A DNA stretch of 64,000 nucleotides from an uncultured Chloroflexia bacterium (GTDB taxonomy: Bacteria; Chloroflexota; Anaerolineae; CG2-30-64-16). A model generated the notes under the pieces. It saw only the letters and a program-made list of their open reading frames with translations, made no database searches and was not told the origin of the DNA. The DNA lies in contig CAWEMM010000007.1 in NCBI GenBank assembly GCA_963810095.1, positions 1 through 64,000 of the forward strand. The letters are read 5' to 3'. A program made the position numbers and the translations under genes. Below, piece by piece: positions 45,605 through 53,921 of this stretch; position 1 is the stretch's first letter; the number at the start of each line of letters is the position of its first letter.

Positions 45605-47258
45605 GCGGTAGTTCCTTCACCCCAGCAATTGCATTGGCTTCGACCTCGGCCAAAGCCGCAGCCGCCGCGTCGACGGCCGTGTCGAGCGGTGCGATCCATT
45701 TCTCGCCGCCCATGCCACCCCGCTCCCGGCGTTTGAACTCCGCGCCCCCGGCTTGCAGCGAACGTTTGCCCAGTGTAATGCGAAGCGGCAGCCCGATCAA
45801 GTCCGCATCCGTGAACTTGACGCCCGCACTCTCGCTCCGATCGTCCAGCAGGCAGGGCATGCCGGCCGCCCACAATCCCCGGTACAGCGCCTCCACTTCG
45901 CTTTCCGCGCCAGGCATGCTGACCAGGTGGACGGCAAACGGTGCGGCGGCGGGGGGCAGGGCCATCCCGCCCTCGTCAGACCGCCCCGCCGCAATGGCGG
46001 CTAACAACGCGCCCAGGTCGAAGCAGTGCGCCGACATCTGCACCGGCTGGGCGCGGCCCGTGGTGTCGAGGAACTGCGGGCCGCCTTTTTCGTGGCCCGC
46101 GGCGGCCGACCGGCCCAGCAGGGCCATCCGGACGGACCGCAAGGCGTCACTGCAAACCGGGCAGCCATCGCCGGGCTCGGCCGCCGCGATGTCGGCCACC
46201 AGGCTGGCCCGGTAGTCGCGGCCGACGTTGGTGTTGAGCAGGTGGTAACCCTCTTCGTTCGCGCCCGCGACGAGGTTGGGCGACCGGGCGGCCAGCTGAT
46301 CCACGACGACGAGGACGTTCCGCAGCCCGACCGGCGAGGCGTAGCCCGGCGTTGCGCCGGTGGCCCGGATCTCGGCTTCCGTCGCCGGGCGGAGCGTGCC
46401 CGCGCGTACTTCCAGCCGCCGCAGCGCGGCCCGCAGCTTGTGCTCGCTGACGCCGGTATCGCCTCGGACGACTGCGAAGACAAAGCGCTCGCCTTCCTCT
46501 GCCGCGGCCACCAGGAAGACAGCCTTTGCCGTCCGGGACTCGGGCACCCCGAGCAACCGGGCGAGGTCCGCGATCGTGCTGGTGTGGGGCGTGGCGATCT
46601 TCTCCAGCGGCAGCAGGTCTTCGGGCGGGCCGGGGAGCCGGCCGGACGCCGCCGCGGCTGCGAGCGCGACATAGCCGCAGCCGTCGCAGACCAGCGCCGT
46701 CTCGATCCCATCGTCCGAAGGGTAGAGGTAGGCGTGACTGGCCGCGGCCGCGGTTTGGTCACGAACGAGCATGACCGCGAGCCCGCACCGGACGCAGAGG
46801 TCGAGGAAGGCGCGCTGCTGTGCGGCATACGCGGCTTCGGCGGGCGCGGCGCCGGCATCCAGGTGCAGCACAAAGCACGCGGGGGCTTCCCGGGCGTTCA
46901 GCGGGCCCCCGCGGCTCTGGCTCAGCGCATGGCGCCACACGTTCCGACCCGCACCGCGCACGGGCAGGTGGCGGTACGACTGGACATCGGAGGCGGCCAG
47001 CGTGCGGGTGAGGGCCAGCAGGTCCGCCGTGTCCTCGAACGGAGGGCACTCCAAGTCGCACCGGCCGGCCTCGCCCTGCGCCGGGGCCAGCTCGGCCGCG
47101 AGCCGCGCGACGGCGCGCTGCCCCGCAGGCAGGTACGCGTACTTATTGGCTCCCAGGTCGCGCACGTAACCCGCGCGCTGCAGCAGCCGGTAGCCCGCGC
47201 CTTCCGCATCAGAGGGTGGTTCCCGGAGGGTGCGTCCGAATAGCTGTGTCATCCGCAT
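45585..47258 (-). CDS. Proline-tRNA ligase-like protein with a degenerate catalytic core and intact INS editing and anticodon-binding domains
   Basis: ProRS-like N-terminus; INS TAKAVF...VRGD...GYASPVG...GANEEGYH; ABD DDRSESAGVKFTDADLIGLP; class II motifs 2 and 3 lost. Confidence 0.8.
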   Translation of the reverse strand: MRMTQLFGRTLREPPSDAEGAGYRLLQRAGYVRDLGANKYAYLPAGQRAVARLAAELAPAQGEAGRCDLECPPFEDTADLLALTRTLAASDVQSYRHLPVRGAGRNVWRHALSQSRGGPLNAREAPACFVLHLDAGAAPAEAAYAAQQRAFLDLCVRCGLAVMLVRDQTAAAASHAYLYPSDDGIETALVCDGCGYVALAAAAASGRLPGPPEDLLPLEKIATPHTSTIADLARLLGVPESRTAKAVFLVAAAEEGERFVFAVVRGDTGVSEHKLRAALRRLEVRAGTLRPATEAEIRATGATPGYASPVGLRNVLVVVDQLAARSPNLVAGANEEGYHLLNTNVGRDYRASLVADIAAAEPGDGCPVCSDALRSVRMALLGRSAAAGHEKGGPQFLDTTGRAQPVQMSAHCFDLGALLAAIAAGRSDEGGMALPPAAAPFAVHLVSMPGAESEVEALYRGLWAAGMPCLLDDRSESAGVKFTDADLIGLPLRITLGKRSLQAGGAEFKRRERGGMGGEKWIAPLDTAVDAAAAALAEVEANAIAGVKELPHGEHLR

Positions 47259-47296
47259 GCGTTGTTCGCTCCTGCCAGGTCTGCTGAGAACGCTGG

Positions 47297-47917
47297 CTAG
47301 GCACTCGCCCGCGCGTAATCGTCCGGCGTGTCGAGGTCTGCCAAAATTGTCGGCGTATCCAGCGTTAAGTAATCAATGGAATTCGTCGCGCTTCGTAAGG
47401 CGGTCCGTAAGCTTTCTGTTGCATTCATTATTTGCATATAGAAATAACTTGGGATTAGAATGGGGTGACCAGCGCGCATCCGGTAGCTCGGTATGATCAC
47501 TCGTTGCCAGCCGGTGCGCTCCCCCTCTCTCAGGACAGCGCTGAGCGTGGCCGCCTCCATTTGCGGCTGATCGCCCAGGCACACGAGGACCGCATCGCTG
47601 CCGGCATCCAGTGCGGCAATGCCGGTTTGGATCGAGCTCAGCATCTCGCCGGTGGCGTAGTTGGGGTTGAACACGCAGCGCACGGACTGGCCCGCGAGGG
47701 CCTGCTCCACGTCAGCAGCGCGGTGGCCCGTCACTGCGATGACTTCGCGTAGCCGGGCAGCCGCCAGTGTGTTTACGATTTGTCCGATCACCGTCGTCTC
47801 GCGCCAGGGCAGCGTCAACTTGAAGGCACCCATCCGCCGCGAAAGTCCCGCGGCAAGAACGATTGCCGACACTCGCAGATCGGTCGAGCCGGATGACCGT
47901 ATTTCGTGTGTATTCAC
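47297..47917 (-). CDS. mocA: Molybdenum cofactor cytidylyltransferase-like NTP transferase
   Basis: IVLAAGLSRRMG..KL, LGDQP, GHP, DLDTPDDY; next to xdhC. Confidence 0.8.
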   Translation of the reverse strand: MNTHEIRSSGSTDLRVSAIVLAAGLSRRMGAFKLTLPWRETTVIGQIVNTLAAARLREVIAVTGHRAADVEQALAGQSVRCVFNPNYATGEMLSSIQTGIAALDAGSDAVLVCLGDQPQMEAATLSAVLREGERTGWQRVIIPSYRMRAGHPILIPSYFYMQIMNATESLRTALRSATNSIDYLTLDTPTILADLDTPDDYARASA

Positions 47918-48022
47918 TTAATATGCACCATAAGCAGTGTTCGCCCACCAATGCGATTTGCATTTGTCTAGAGCGTGTGCTAAAGTCACAATCGTCGTGT
48001 CCCTGTTCTTTAAGGTGGCCCC

Positions 48023-48484
48023 ATGCGCGAGTCACAACGGCCCAGTCCCGGCTATACTCCCGCCCGCAACATCCCTGACATTAAGGATCGCTTCAGCGTG
48101 CCTGTCTCTAAGGAGCGCCTCGACGAGCTGCTCCTGGAACTGTTCCTGATTGACACGGTCGCGCTGGTCGATGCCCAACGCGCTCCCCGAGCCGAGCGCC
48201 TGATCGAGCGCGTGTTGTCGCCAAGCGAGTACACACGCGTAATCGACCGGTACGACGAGTTGTCGGACGATGACGACGACGAAGCGGGCCTGGTCGAGTT
48301 CTTCTTTCAGCGTGCGTCGGCCAAGGACACCCACTGGAAATCCAAGATGCTCCGCTGGTTCATGTATCTTGTGGGTGGAGGCCGCGGTTTGTCAAGCGAG
48401 GGCCTGACCGAAGTCGCCAGCCTCGCTGCAGCGATGGGGGCCGGCCGAGAGTGCCAGGCGCTGTTCAGCACCATTGCGGGATGA
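48023..48484 (+). CDS. Hypothetical protein
   Basis: 153-aa ORF filling the gap, helical and acidic; no recognised motif. Confidence 0.55.
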   Translation: MRESQRPSPGYTPARNIPDIKDRFSVPVSKERLDELLLELFLIDTVALVDAQRAPRAERLIERVLSPSEYTRVIDRYDELSDDDDDEAGLVEFFFQRASAKDTHWKSKMLRWFMYLVGGGRGLSSEGLTEVASLAAAMGAGRECQALFSTIAG

Positions 48485-48565
48485 GATGACCCGCCCCCAG
48501 GCAGCGGCGCCCCCTCTCCCGTCCAGCGATAGAAGAGGGGGGCCGGCACTGCCACCGGGCAGCGG

Positions 48566-49672
48566 TTATTGTTGCGGCGCGGTATTGACGACCGGCTGCA
48601 CGCCGGGGCCGGGCACGATGATGGTCGGGACCGTTCCGATCGGGGTGAAGATCACCTTGTCGGTGGCCTTAAGGGCGCTGGCATTCGCAAGCATCGTCTG
48701 AAGCGTCAGGTAGGCCGGGCTGTTAGCGTATAGCTCGGCCTCTGCTGTTTTGGGGGCCAGGTCAGCCTTCGCCTGCTGCTCGGCCGCCTTCGCCCGGGCC
48801 TGCGCGATCTCAAAGTCTTTCTGTGCGCTGAGCAGGTCGTTCGCCTTCTGCGCCGTAATGACGGCGTTCTGCGCCTGCACCTTCTGCTTCTCCAGTTCCG
48901 CCAGCGTCGTCTGTTGGCGCGCCTCTTCCTGCGTACGGCTCTGGGCCACCCGGACCTCACCTTGCTGGCGGGCCTGTTCGGCCGCAGCCTCGGCTTCGGC
49001 CTTCAGCTTATCCTGGGCTGCCTTCTCGGTATTCAGCCGGCTCTGCGTAATGGAGTCCAGCAGCTGCTGCGCCTCCTGCGACAGGATGATGTTGGGCACC
49101 ACTACGTTGGCGATCTGCAGGCCGTAGTTGTCGGCCAGGCGGCTCAACTCGGTGTCGATGCACTCGCGCAGCACGTCGCGCGCAGTGCCAATCACGTTGT
49201 CGTTGAACGTGCGCTCGCCGATGCACACCTTCATGGCCTGCCGTGCGAGCCCCTCGACCCGGGTTTTCAGCGTGTCCTCGTCGAGGTAGAGCTGGCTGTA
49301 CTGCGCCCAGTTGACCGTGAGGATGTCCTTCTGGGCCAGGTTGGGGCGGAAGATGTCGCCGCCGACCAGCAGGCCCAGGCGCTGCTTGTCTTTCGTGATG
49401 ATCTCGTCGTCTTCTACCGAGAACGAGACGGCCGAGCTGGGAATGCGCTTCAGTTCCACGTACAGGCCCGCGTCGCTGTACAGGCCGGGGCCCACGACGT
49501 CGACAATCTTGCCGCTGCGGAAGCGCACGCCGACCTCCTGCTGCTCGACGCGCTGCATCACGTAAAACAGGTCGCTGCTTGTCAGCACGATGACGGCGAC
49601 CACGACGACGGCGGCGACAAGCACGCCGCGCACGACGTTCATGTTGATCGATTTTCCACGGGTACTGTTCAT
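48566..49672 (-). CDS. SPFH (band 7/prohibitin) domain protein with a coiled-coil tail
   Basis: N-terminal TM, EVGVRFRSG...GPGLY, ITKDKQ, AEA-rich coiled coil. Confidence 0.85.
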   Translation of the reverse strand: MNSTRGKSINMNVVRGVLVAAVVVVAVIVLTSSDLFYVMQRVEQQEVGVRFRSGKIVDVVGPGLYSDAGLYVELKRIPSSAVSFSVEDDEIITKDKQRLGLLVGGDIFRPNLAQKDILTVNWAQYSQLYLDEDTLKTRVEGLARQAMKVCIGERTFNDNVIGTARDVLRECIDTELSRLADNYGLQIANVVVPNIILSQEAQQLLDSITQSRLNTEKAAQDKLKAEAEAAAEQARQQGEVRVAQSRTQEEARQQTTLAELEKQKVQAQNAVITAQKANDLLSAQKDFEIAQARAKAAEQQAKADLAPKTAEAELYANSPAYLTLQTMLANASALKATDKVIFTPIGTVPTIIVPGPGVQPVVNTAPQQ

Positions 49673-49795
49673 AGCCTCACCTGATGGGGGAATCGGTATC
49701 GGACTTCTACACCGCTTTCTAGCGGCATTATGGCATTCTGAGGGGGGGAAGTGCAAGCGGTTCCTGCTGACACTTAGCCGACAGGATCGGAAGAT

Positions 49796-49828
49796 AGAAG
49801 CCCGGTTTCTTCAAGAAACCGGGCTTCT
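49796..49828. repeat. REP-like palindrome, family A (may also terminate pfk)
   Basis: agaagcccggtttct-tca-agaaaccgggcttct perfect IR. Confidence 0.75.
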
Positions 49829-49839
49829 GCTGCTTAGGT

Positions 49840-51012
49840 CTAGTAGAGGAACATGGGTTTCCCGAGCATGTTCGCGACTTTGGGGCGATAGTGCTCCTTG
49901 TCGTAAAGCTCGTCCACGTCCACCCGCTTGGTGCCCGAGATGACGGTGCTGAGGGGGATGTGGGTGTACTTGCCGTCGCGGAGCGCGACCATGCGGCCCG
50001 AGCGGGCCTGCGCGATCAGGTCCGTCGCCAGGTTGGCGTAGCTGAGTGCCACCATGCGATCGAGCGAGTCGGGCGCACCGGAACGCATCAGGTAGCCGAG
50101 CGTCTGGTAGATGATGTTCTCGCCGGTGTGCTTCTTGATCAGGTCGCCCGTGAGCTGCCCAATGCCGCCGAGCTTTTTGTGCCCGTACGCATCTTCTTCG
50201 CCGGACTCGATGATCGGACCGCCGGTCATCTGTGCGCCTTCCGAGATTGTCATAATCGCGTAGTTGCTCGGGTTGGCGTGCTTGTCTTCCAGCAGTAAAG
50301 CGCCCAGCTTCTCCGCGTCGAAGGGCACCTCCGAGATAACTGCACGGTCGACGCCAGCCAGGTACGCGGCGAAGAGCGACGTCTCGCCCGAGTTACGGCC
50401 GAACAACTCGACCACGGCGATGCGCTCGTGCGAGCCGGCGGGGGTGCGCAGGCCCGTAATCAGGTCGACGCTCCGGGTGACCGCAGTGCTGAAGCCGATG
50501 CAGTAGTCCGTGCCGTAGACGTCGTTGTCCATCGTCTTCGGGATGGCGACGACGGGAAAATGCTCCTGGTGTAGGCGGGCCGCATAGCTCAAGGTGTCGT
50601 CGCCGCCAATTGCGATGAGCCCGTCGATCTTCAGGTGCTGCATGACACGCAGGACGTGCGGCGTCAGGTCGATCAGGCCCGTCTGGGGGTCAGGCGTGTT
50701 GAACTGGTGCTTGAGAAACGCGGGCACGTCCTCCGGCTTGACGTGCGATGGCCGGGTGCGCGAAGTGTGCAGGAAGGTGCCGCCCGAGCGATCGATCTTG
50801 CGCACGACCGCCTTGTTCAGGCGCATTACCCAGCGCCAGTCTTCGGACGGGTCGTCTGGGTTAACGTTGACCGGGCCGGCCCAACCGCGGCGGAAGCCGA
50901 TGACCTCCATGCCATCGTCGACCGCACGGTCGACTACAGCCTTAATGCACGGGTTGAGGCCAGGGACGTCGCCGCCACCGGTCAGGATGCCGAGGGTTTT
51001 CATGGGTGCCAT
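49840..51012 (-). CDS. pfkA: 6-phosphofructokinase, PfkA family, probably PPi-dependent
   Basis: [33 protein letters not shown]. Confidence 0.9.
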   Translation of the reverse strand: MAPMKTLGILTGGGDVPGLNPCIKAVVDRAVDDGMEVIGFRRGWAGPVNVNPDDPSEDWRWVMRLNKAVVRKIDRSGGTFLHTSRTRPSHVKPEDVPAFLKHQFNTPDPQTGLIDLTPHVLRVMQHLKIDGLIAIGGDDTLSYAARLHQEHFPVVAIPKTMDNDVYGTDYCIGFSTAVTRSVDLITGLRTPAGSHERIAVVELFGRNSGETSLFAAYLAGVDRAVISEVPFDAEKLGALLLEDKHANPSNYAIMTISEGAQMTGGPIIESGEEDAYGHKKLGGIGQLTGDLIKKHTGENIIYQTLGYLMRSGAPDSLDRMVALSYANLATDLIAQARSGRMVALRDGKYTHIPLSTVISGTKRVDVDELYDKEHYRPKVANMLGKPMFLY

Positions 51013-51123
51013 GAAGTGTTCTCCTGGGTAACTCTAGCAGCAATGGGATATTGCCGGATAAGGCCACGGTAGAGTCTAAACGGAGTGAAAGGTTTTGGCA
51101 AATTGCCCCGTAGAAACTTCGCG

Positions 51124-51163
51124 AAAAAAGGCGCAGGCCGCCCGGTGTCGGACGGCCTGCGCC
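51124..51163 (-). terminator. Intrinsic terminator
   Basis: ggcgcaggccg/cggcctgcgcc stem followed by T6 on the minus strand. Confidence 0.75.
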
Positions 51164-51215
51164 GGAATAAGAACGTGCCAGGGCCAGAGAGGCGGGACGA
51201 GACGCCCGTGTCAGC

Positions 51216-51497
51216 CTACTCTTCGGGGGGCTGGAGCATGGCCCGCGTGTTCTCCTCGATGTGGACGAGGAGCGACAGGATGCTGCCAAATGCGTAGAGT
51301 TGGACGAAGGTCACCAGCGCGACGACCAGCGCGCCGACCCCGCCGCCCACCATCAACGCCTGGGGCAACTGCAGGCGGGGACCCGAGCCGAAGGAAGCAA
51401 TGAGGGCCAGGATCCCAAGCGCAAGGATGATCACCCCCGCGATCTTCAGCACCCACGCGAGAACCCGTACCAGTCCATACTTGTGCGGTACGTTCAT
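51216..51497 (-). CDS. Small two-TM membrane protein
   Basis: Two hydrophobic helices and an IEENTR tail. Confidence 0.75.
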   Translation of the reverse strand: MNVPHKYGLVRVLAWVLKIAGVIILALGILALIASFGSGPRLQLPQALMVGGGVGALVVALVTFVQLYAFGSILSLLVHIEENTRAMLQPPEE

Positions 51498-51603
51498 GAT
51501 GCCGTTGTCCCTTTCTGAATCAGCCTCACCCCTGCGCGCCGATGCTGCGGGAGGGACGCGGCCGCCGCGCCCCTCCCGGGCTCGCTGAAGAGGTGAAGGT
51601 GCG

Positions 51604-52581
51604 TTACTGCATCTTCGCCGGAATTGGCTGCACGCCCTGCGCGACCGGGAAGTGAACCATGACCGACATGTCGGTCTGGCCGAGCATCGGCACGAACGTC
51701 TTGATCAGGTCCAGGTACTGCTTCGGCACGCCCGGGTTCATCTGCTCATAGACCTGGATCGCGTTGTTCAGCGCCTTGCTGTCCCAGGCGATCGCCGGCA
51801 GTGGGTTCCCGTTGACGTACAGATAGAGTCCGTTCGACCGGCTGCTGAGCTGGATGTGCTGCACGTTGTTCGTCTGAAGTTGGGCCATGACGTTCGGGTC
51901 GAGCGCGACATTCGCATTGATGCCCAGTGCCTGCAGGTCGCGAGCCGAGATGCCCAGAATCGAGGGCACGCCCTGGTCATCGTACTTGACCTCGAACTTG
52001 GCCACGGCCGACGGCGGCTGGCTTGCAGGTGCGAGCGAGGCGATCTTGAGGTCGGCCGGCGCGTAGTCAATCTGCTGCGCCCCGTCCTGAGTCGGGAACT
52101 TCACCGCGATCGACAGCCCAAGGCGCTGGGCAAGCGGGGCCAGCTTCTCGACGAGGCCGCCGATGGCAGGGCCGTTCTGGCCGAGCAGCGGTGCGATCTC
52201 GCCGATGCGCTGCAGCGACCCATCCTGGAATGACAGGCTCGGCATCAGCGCCCCATTGACCAACAGCGCAAGCCCATCGCCGGTCTGCCGCAGTTCGATG
52301 TGCTGGATGTTGGCCGCCTTCATCCAGGCGGGATAAAAGGGATCGATCCGGTATTGGCTGAGGTCCAGCGGAACGCCCAAACCACGGGCTATCTCCTCAA
52401 GGGCCACACCCTCGACCCCGGGGTTGCCCTGATCGTCGAACGTGATGACGATGCGCGGCAGAGCCACGACGAATGTCTCGCCCGATTCGGTCTGGGGTGC
52501 AGCCGCCGGCATGACCGCGGGTCCGCACGACGTGAGCACCAGGCCAGCAAGAACCAGGACGACCAGCACGAACCTACGCAT
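51604..52581 (-). CDS. Hypothetical lipoprotein with an internal two-fold repeat (paralogue 1)
   Basis: AGGAGG RBS; lipobox LTSC; repeated [F/Y]DDQG.P...G and IQHI...L.VNG units. Confidence 0.85.
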   Translation of the reverse strand: MRRFVLVVLVLAGLVLTSCGPAVMPAAAPQTESGETFVVALPRIVITFDDQGNPGVEGVALEEIARGLGVPLDLSQYRIDPFYPAWMKAANIQHIELRQTGDGLALLVNGALMPSLSFQDGSLQRIGEIAPLLGQNGPAIGGLVEKLAPLAQRLGLSIAVKFPTQDGAQQIDYAPADLKIASLAPASQPPSAVAKFEVKYDDQGVPSILGISARDLQALGINANVALDPNVMAQLQTNNVQHIQLSSRSNGLYLYVNGNPLPAIAWDSKALNNAIQVYEQMNPGVPKQYLDLIKTFVPMLGQTDMSVMVHFPVAQGVQPIPAKMQ

Positions 52582-52699
52582 TACGCACCTCCTACAGTGA
52601 GCGTTTCGTACATCAGATCAGTTTTCCCGCCGGCGTAGATCAGAGTCCTCTGATTTACACCCGGCCAGGGACGTGATCGGCAATCAGCGGCCAGAGGGT

Positions 52700-53659
52700 C
52701 TAGTGCAGCTCGGCCGGGATATCGGCTTTGTCGGCCGCCTTCGGGAACCGCAGCAGGATTCCCAGGTCGGTCCGGTCCAGGTAGGGCGCCAGCTGTTGAA
52801 TCAGCGGCAGAAGCTGCGCATCCGGCGAGAGCTTGCCATAGAGCTCCATCGCGTTTGCGAGCAGCTGCGTATCCCAAATCAGCCTCGGCAGGGGCTCGTT
52901 GTTAACGTAGACGTAGGCGCCATCCGGTTTGGTACGGATCTCCATATTTTGGATATTGCCATTTTTGAAGTTGGCGAGGGTCTCGGGTGAGAGCTTGACG
53001 AGGCTGCCCATGCCCAGGGCGTCCAGGTCGTCCGGCGAAAGCGTCATCATGCCCGCCCGGCCCTGCTCGTCGAAGCGCACCTCGAACTTGGCCACTGCGG
53101 AAGGGGGAGCAGTCGTGACGGTCGGCTGGAAGCTGCGAACCGTGCCGGTGTCCACGAAGGGAATCTCCGCCTCGCCCGCGGCCCGGGGGAAGCGCAGGAC
53201 CACGTCGAGCCCCAGCCGGGTGATCAGGGGCAGAATGCGCTGGATCGCTTCGGCGTTCTCCACCTTGAGCGTACTGAGCAGGCCCAGCATCCGAGTCATG
53301 GAGTCTTGGCTCCAGCCGAGATGGGGCAGGGGTTTCCCATTGGCAAAGAACATCAGGCGGTCGCCCACCGAGGTGATCTCGAGGTGTTGCACACCCGCCT
53401 TAGTGAATTGGTCGACAAGCTCTTGCGGCAGCTTAAAGCCGGCAACGTCGACCCCGACCGCGCTCAGGAGGGCGGGGGAAATGCCGAGGATGCTGGGATT
53501 ACCCGCGGCATCGACGTCTACCACGAGGCGTGGCAGCGCGATCTGAAAGAGCTCGCCGCTCGACGTCGTCGGACCCGTCGTCGGCTGCGCGGCTTGCCCT
53601 CCGCAGCCGGCCAAGATCACCGCAAGGACCACCACGGAGACCCAAAGTCTTTGCCTCAT
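52700..53659 (-). CDS. Hypothetical lipoprotein with an internal two-fold repeat (paralogue 2)
   Basis: Lipobox LAGC; shares SGE.F..ALPR.V and PPSAVAKFEV with 51604..52581. Confidence 0.85.
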   Translation of the reverse strand: MRQRLWVSVVVLAVILAGCGGQAAQPTTGPTTSSGELFQIALPRLVVDVDAAGNPSILGISPALLSAVGVDVAGFKLPQELVDQFTKAGVQHLEITSVGDRLMFFANGKPLPHLGWSQDSMTRMLGLLSTLKVENAEAIQRILPLITRLGLDVVLRFPRAAGEAEIPFVDTGTVRSFQPTVTTAPPSAVAKFEVRFDEQGRAGMMTLSPDDLDALGMGSLVKLSPETLANFKNGNIQNMEIRTKPDGAYVYVNNEPLPRLIWDTQLLANAMELYGKLSPDAQLLPLIQQLAPYLDRTDLGILLRFPKAADKADIPAELH

Positions 53660-53859
53660 CGCGCACCTCATGGCATCTGATTCGGTGTGTCAACGCTGGA
53701 GCACATGCACGTCGCCCGACGCACGGTGCACCGCCGGCCATCCTGGCCGACCATGCACGATTATAGAACAAACTCTACCAGATTTCAAGCAGCCATTTTG
53801 GTAGCCCCCGTCCCAGTTCTGCGCGGTCATCTCGAAACGTCCCCGACCGCTCAGCCCCC

Positions 53860-53897
53860 GGGAGAGACCGGGCCTGTCGAAGAACCGGGTCTCTCCC
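53860..53897. repeat. REP-like palindrome, family A (degenerate)
   Basis: gggagagaccggg...gaagaaccgggtctctccc. Confidence 0.55.
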
Positions 53898-53921
53898 ACA
53901 CGGCGACAGGACGACGCCCGG

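Noticed and set aside
47976-47991. CRP/FNR/Rex-like site tgtgctaaagtcacaa
   Set aside because: The spacing is one base short of TGTGA-N6-TCACA, and the sequence can equally be read as an extended -10 element
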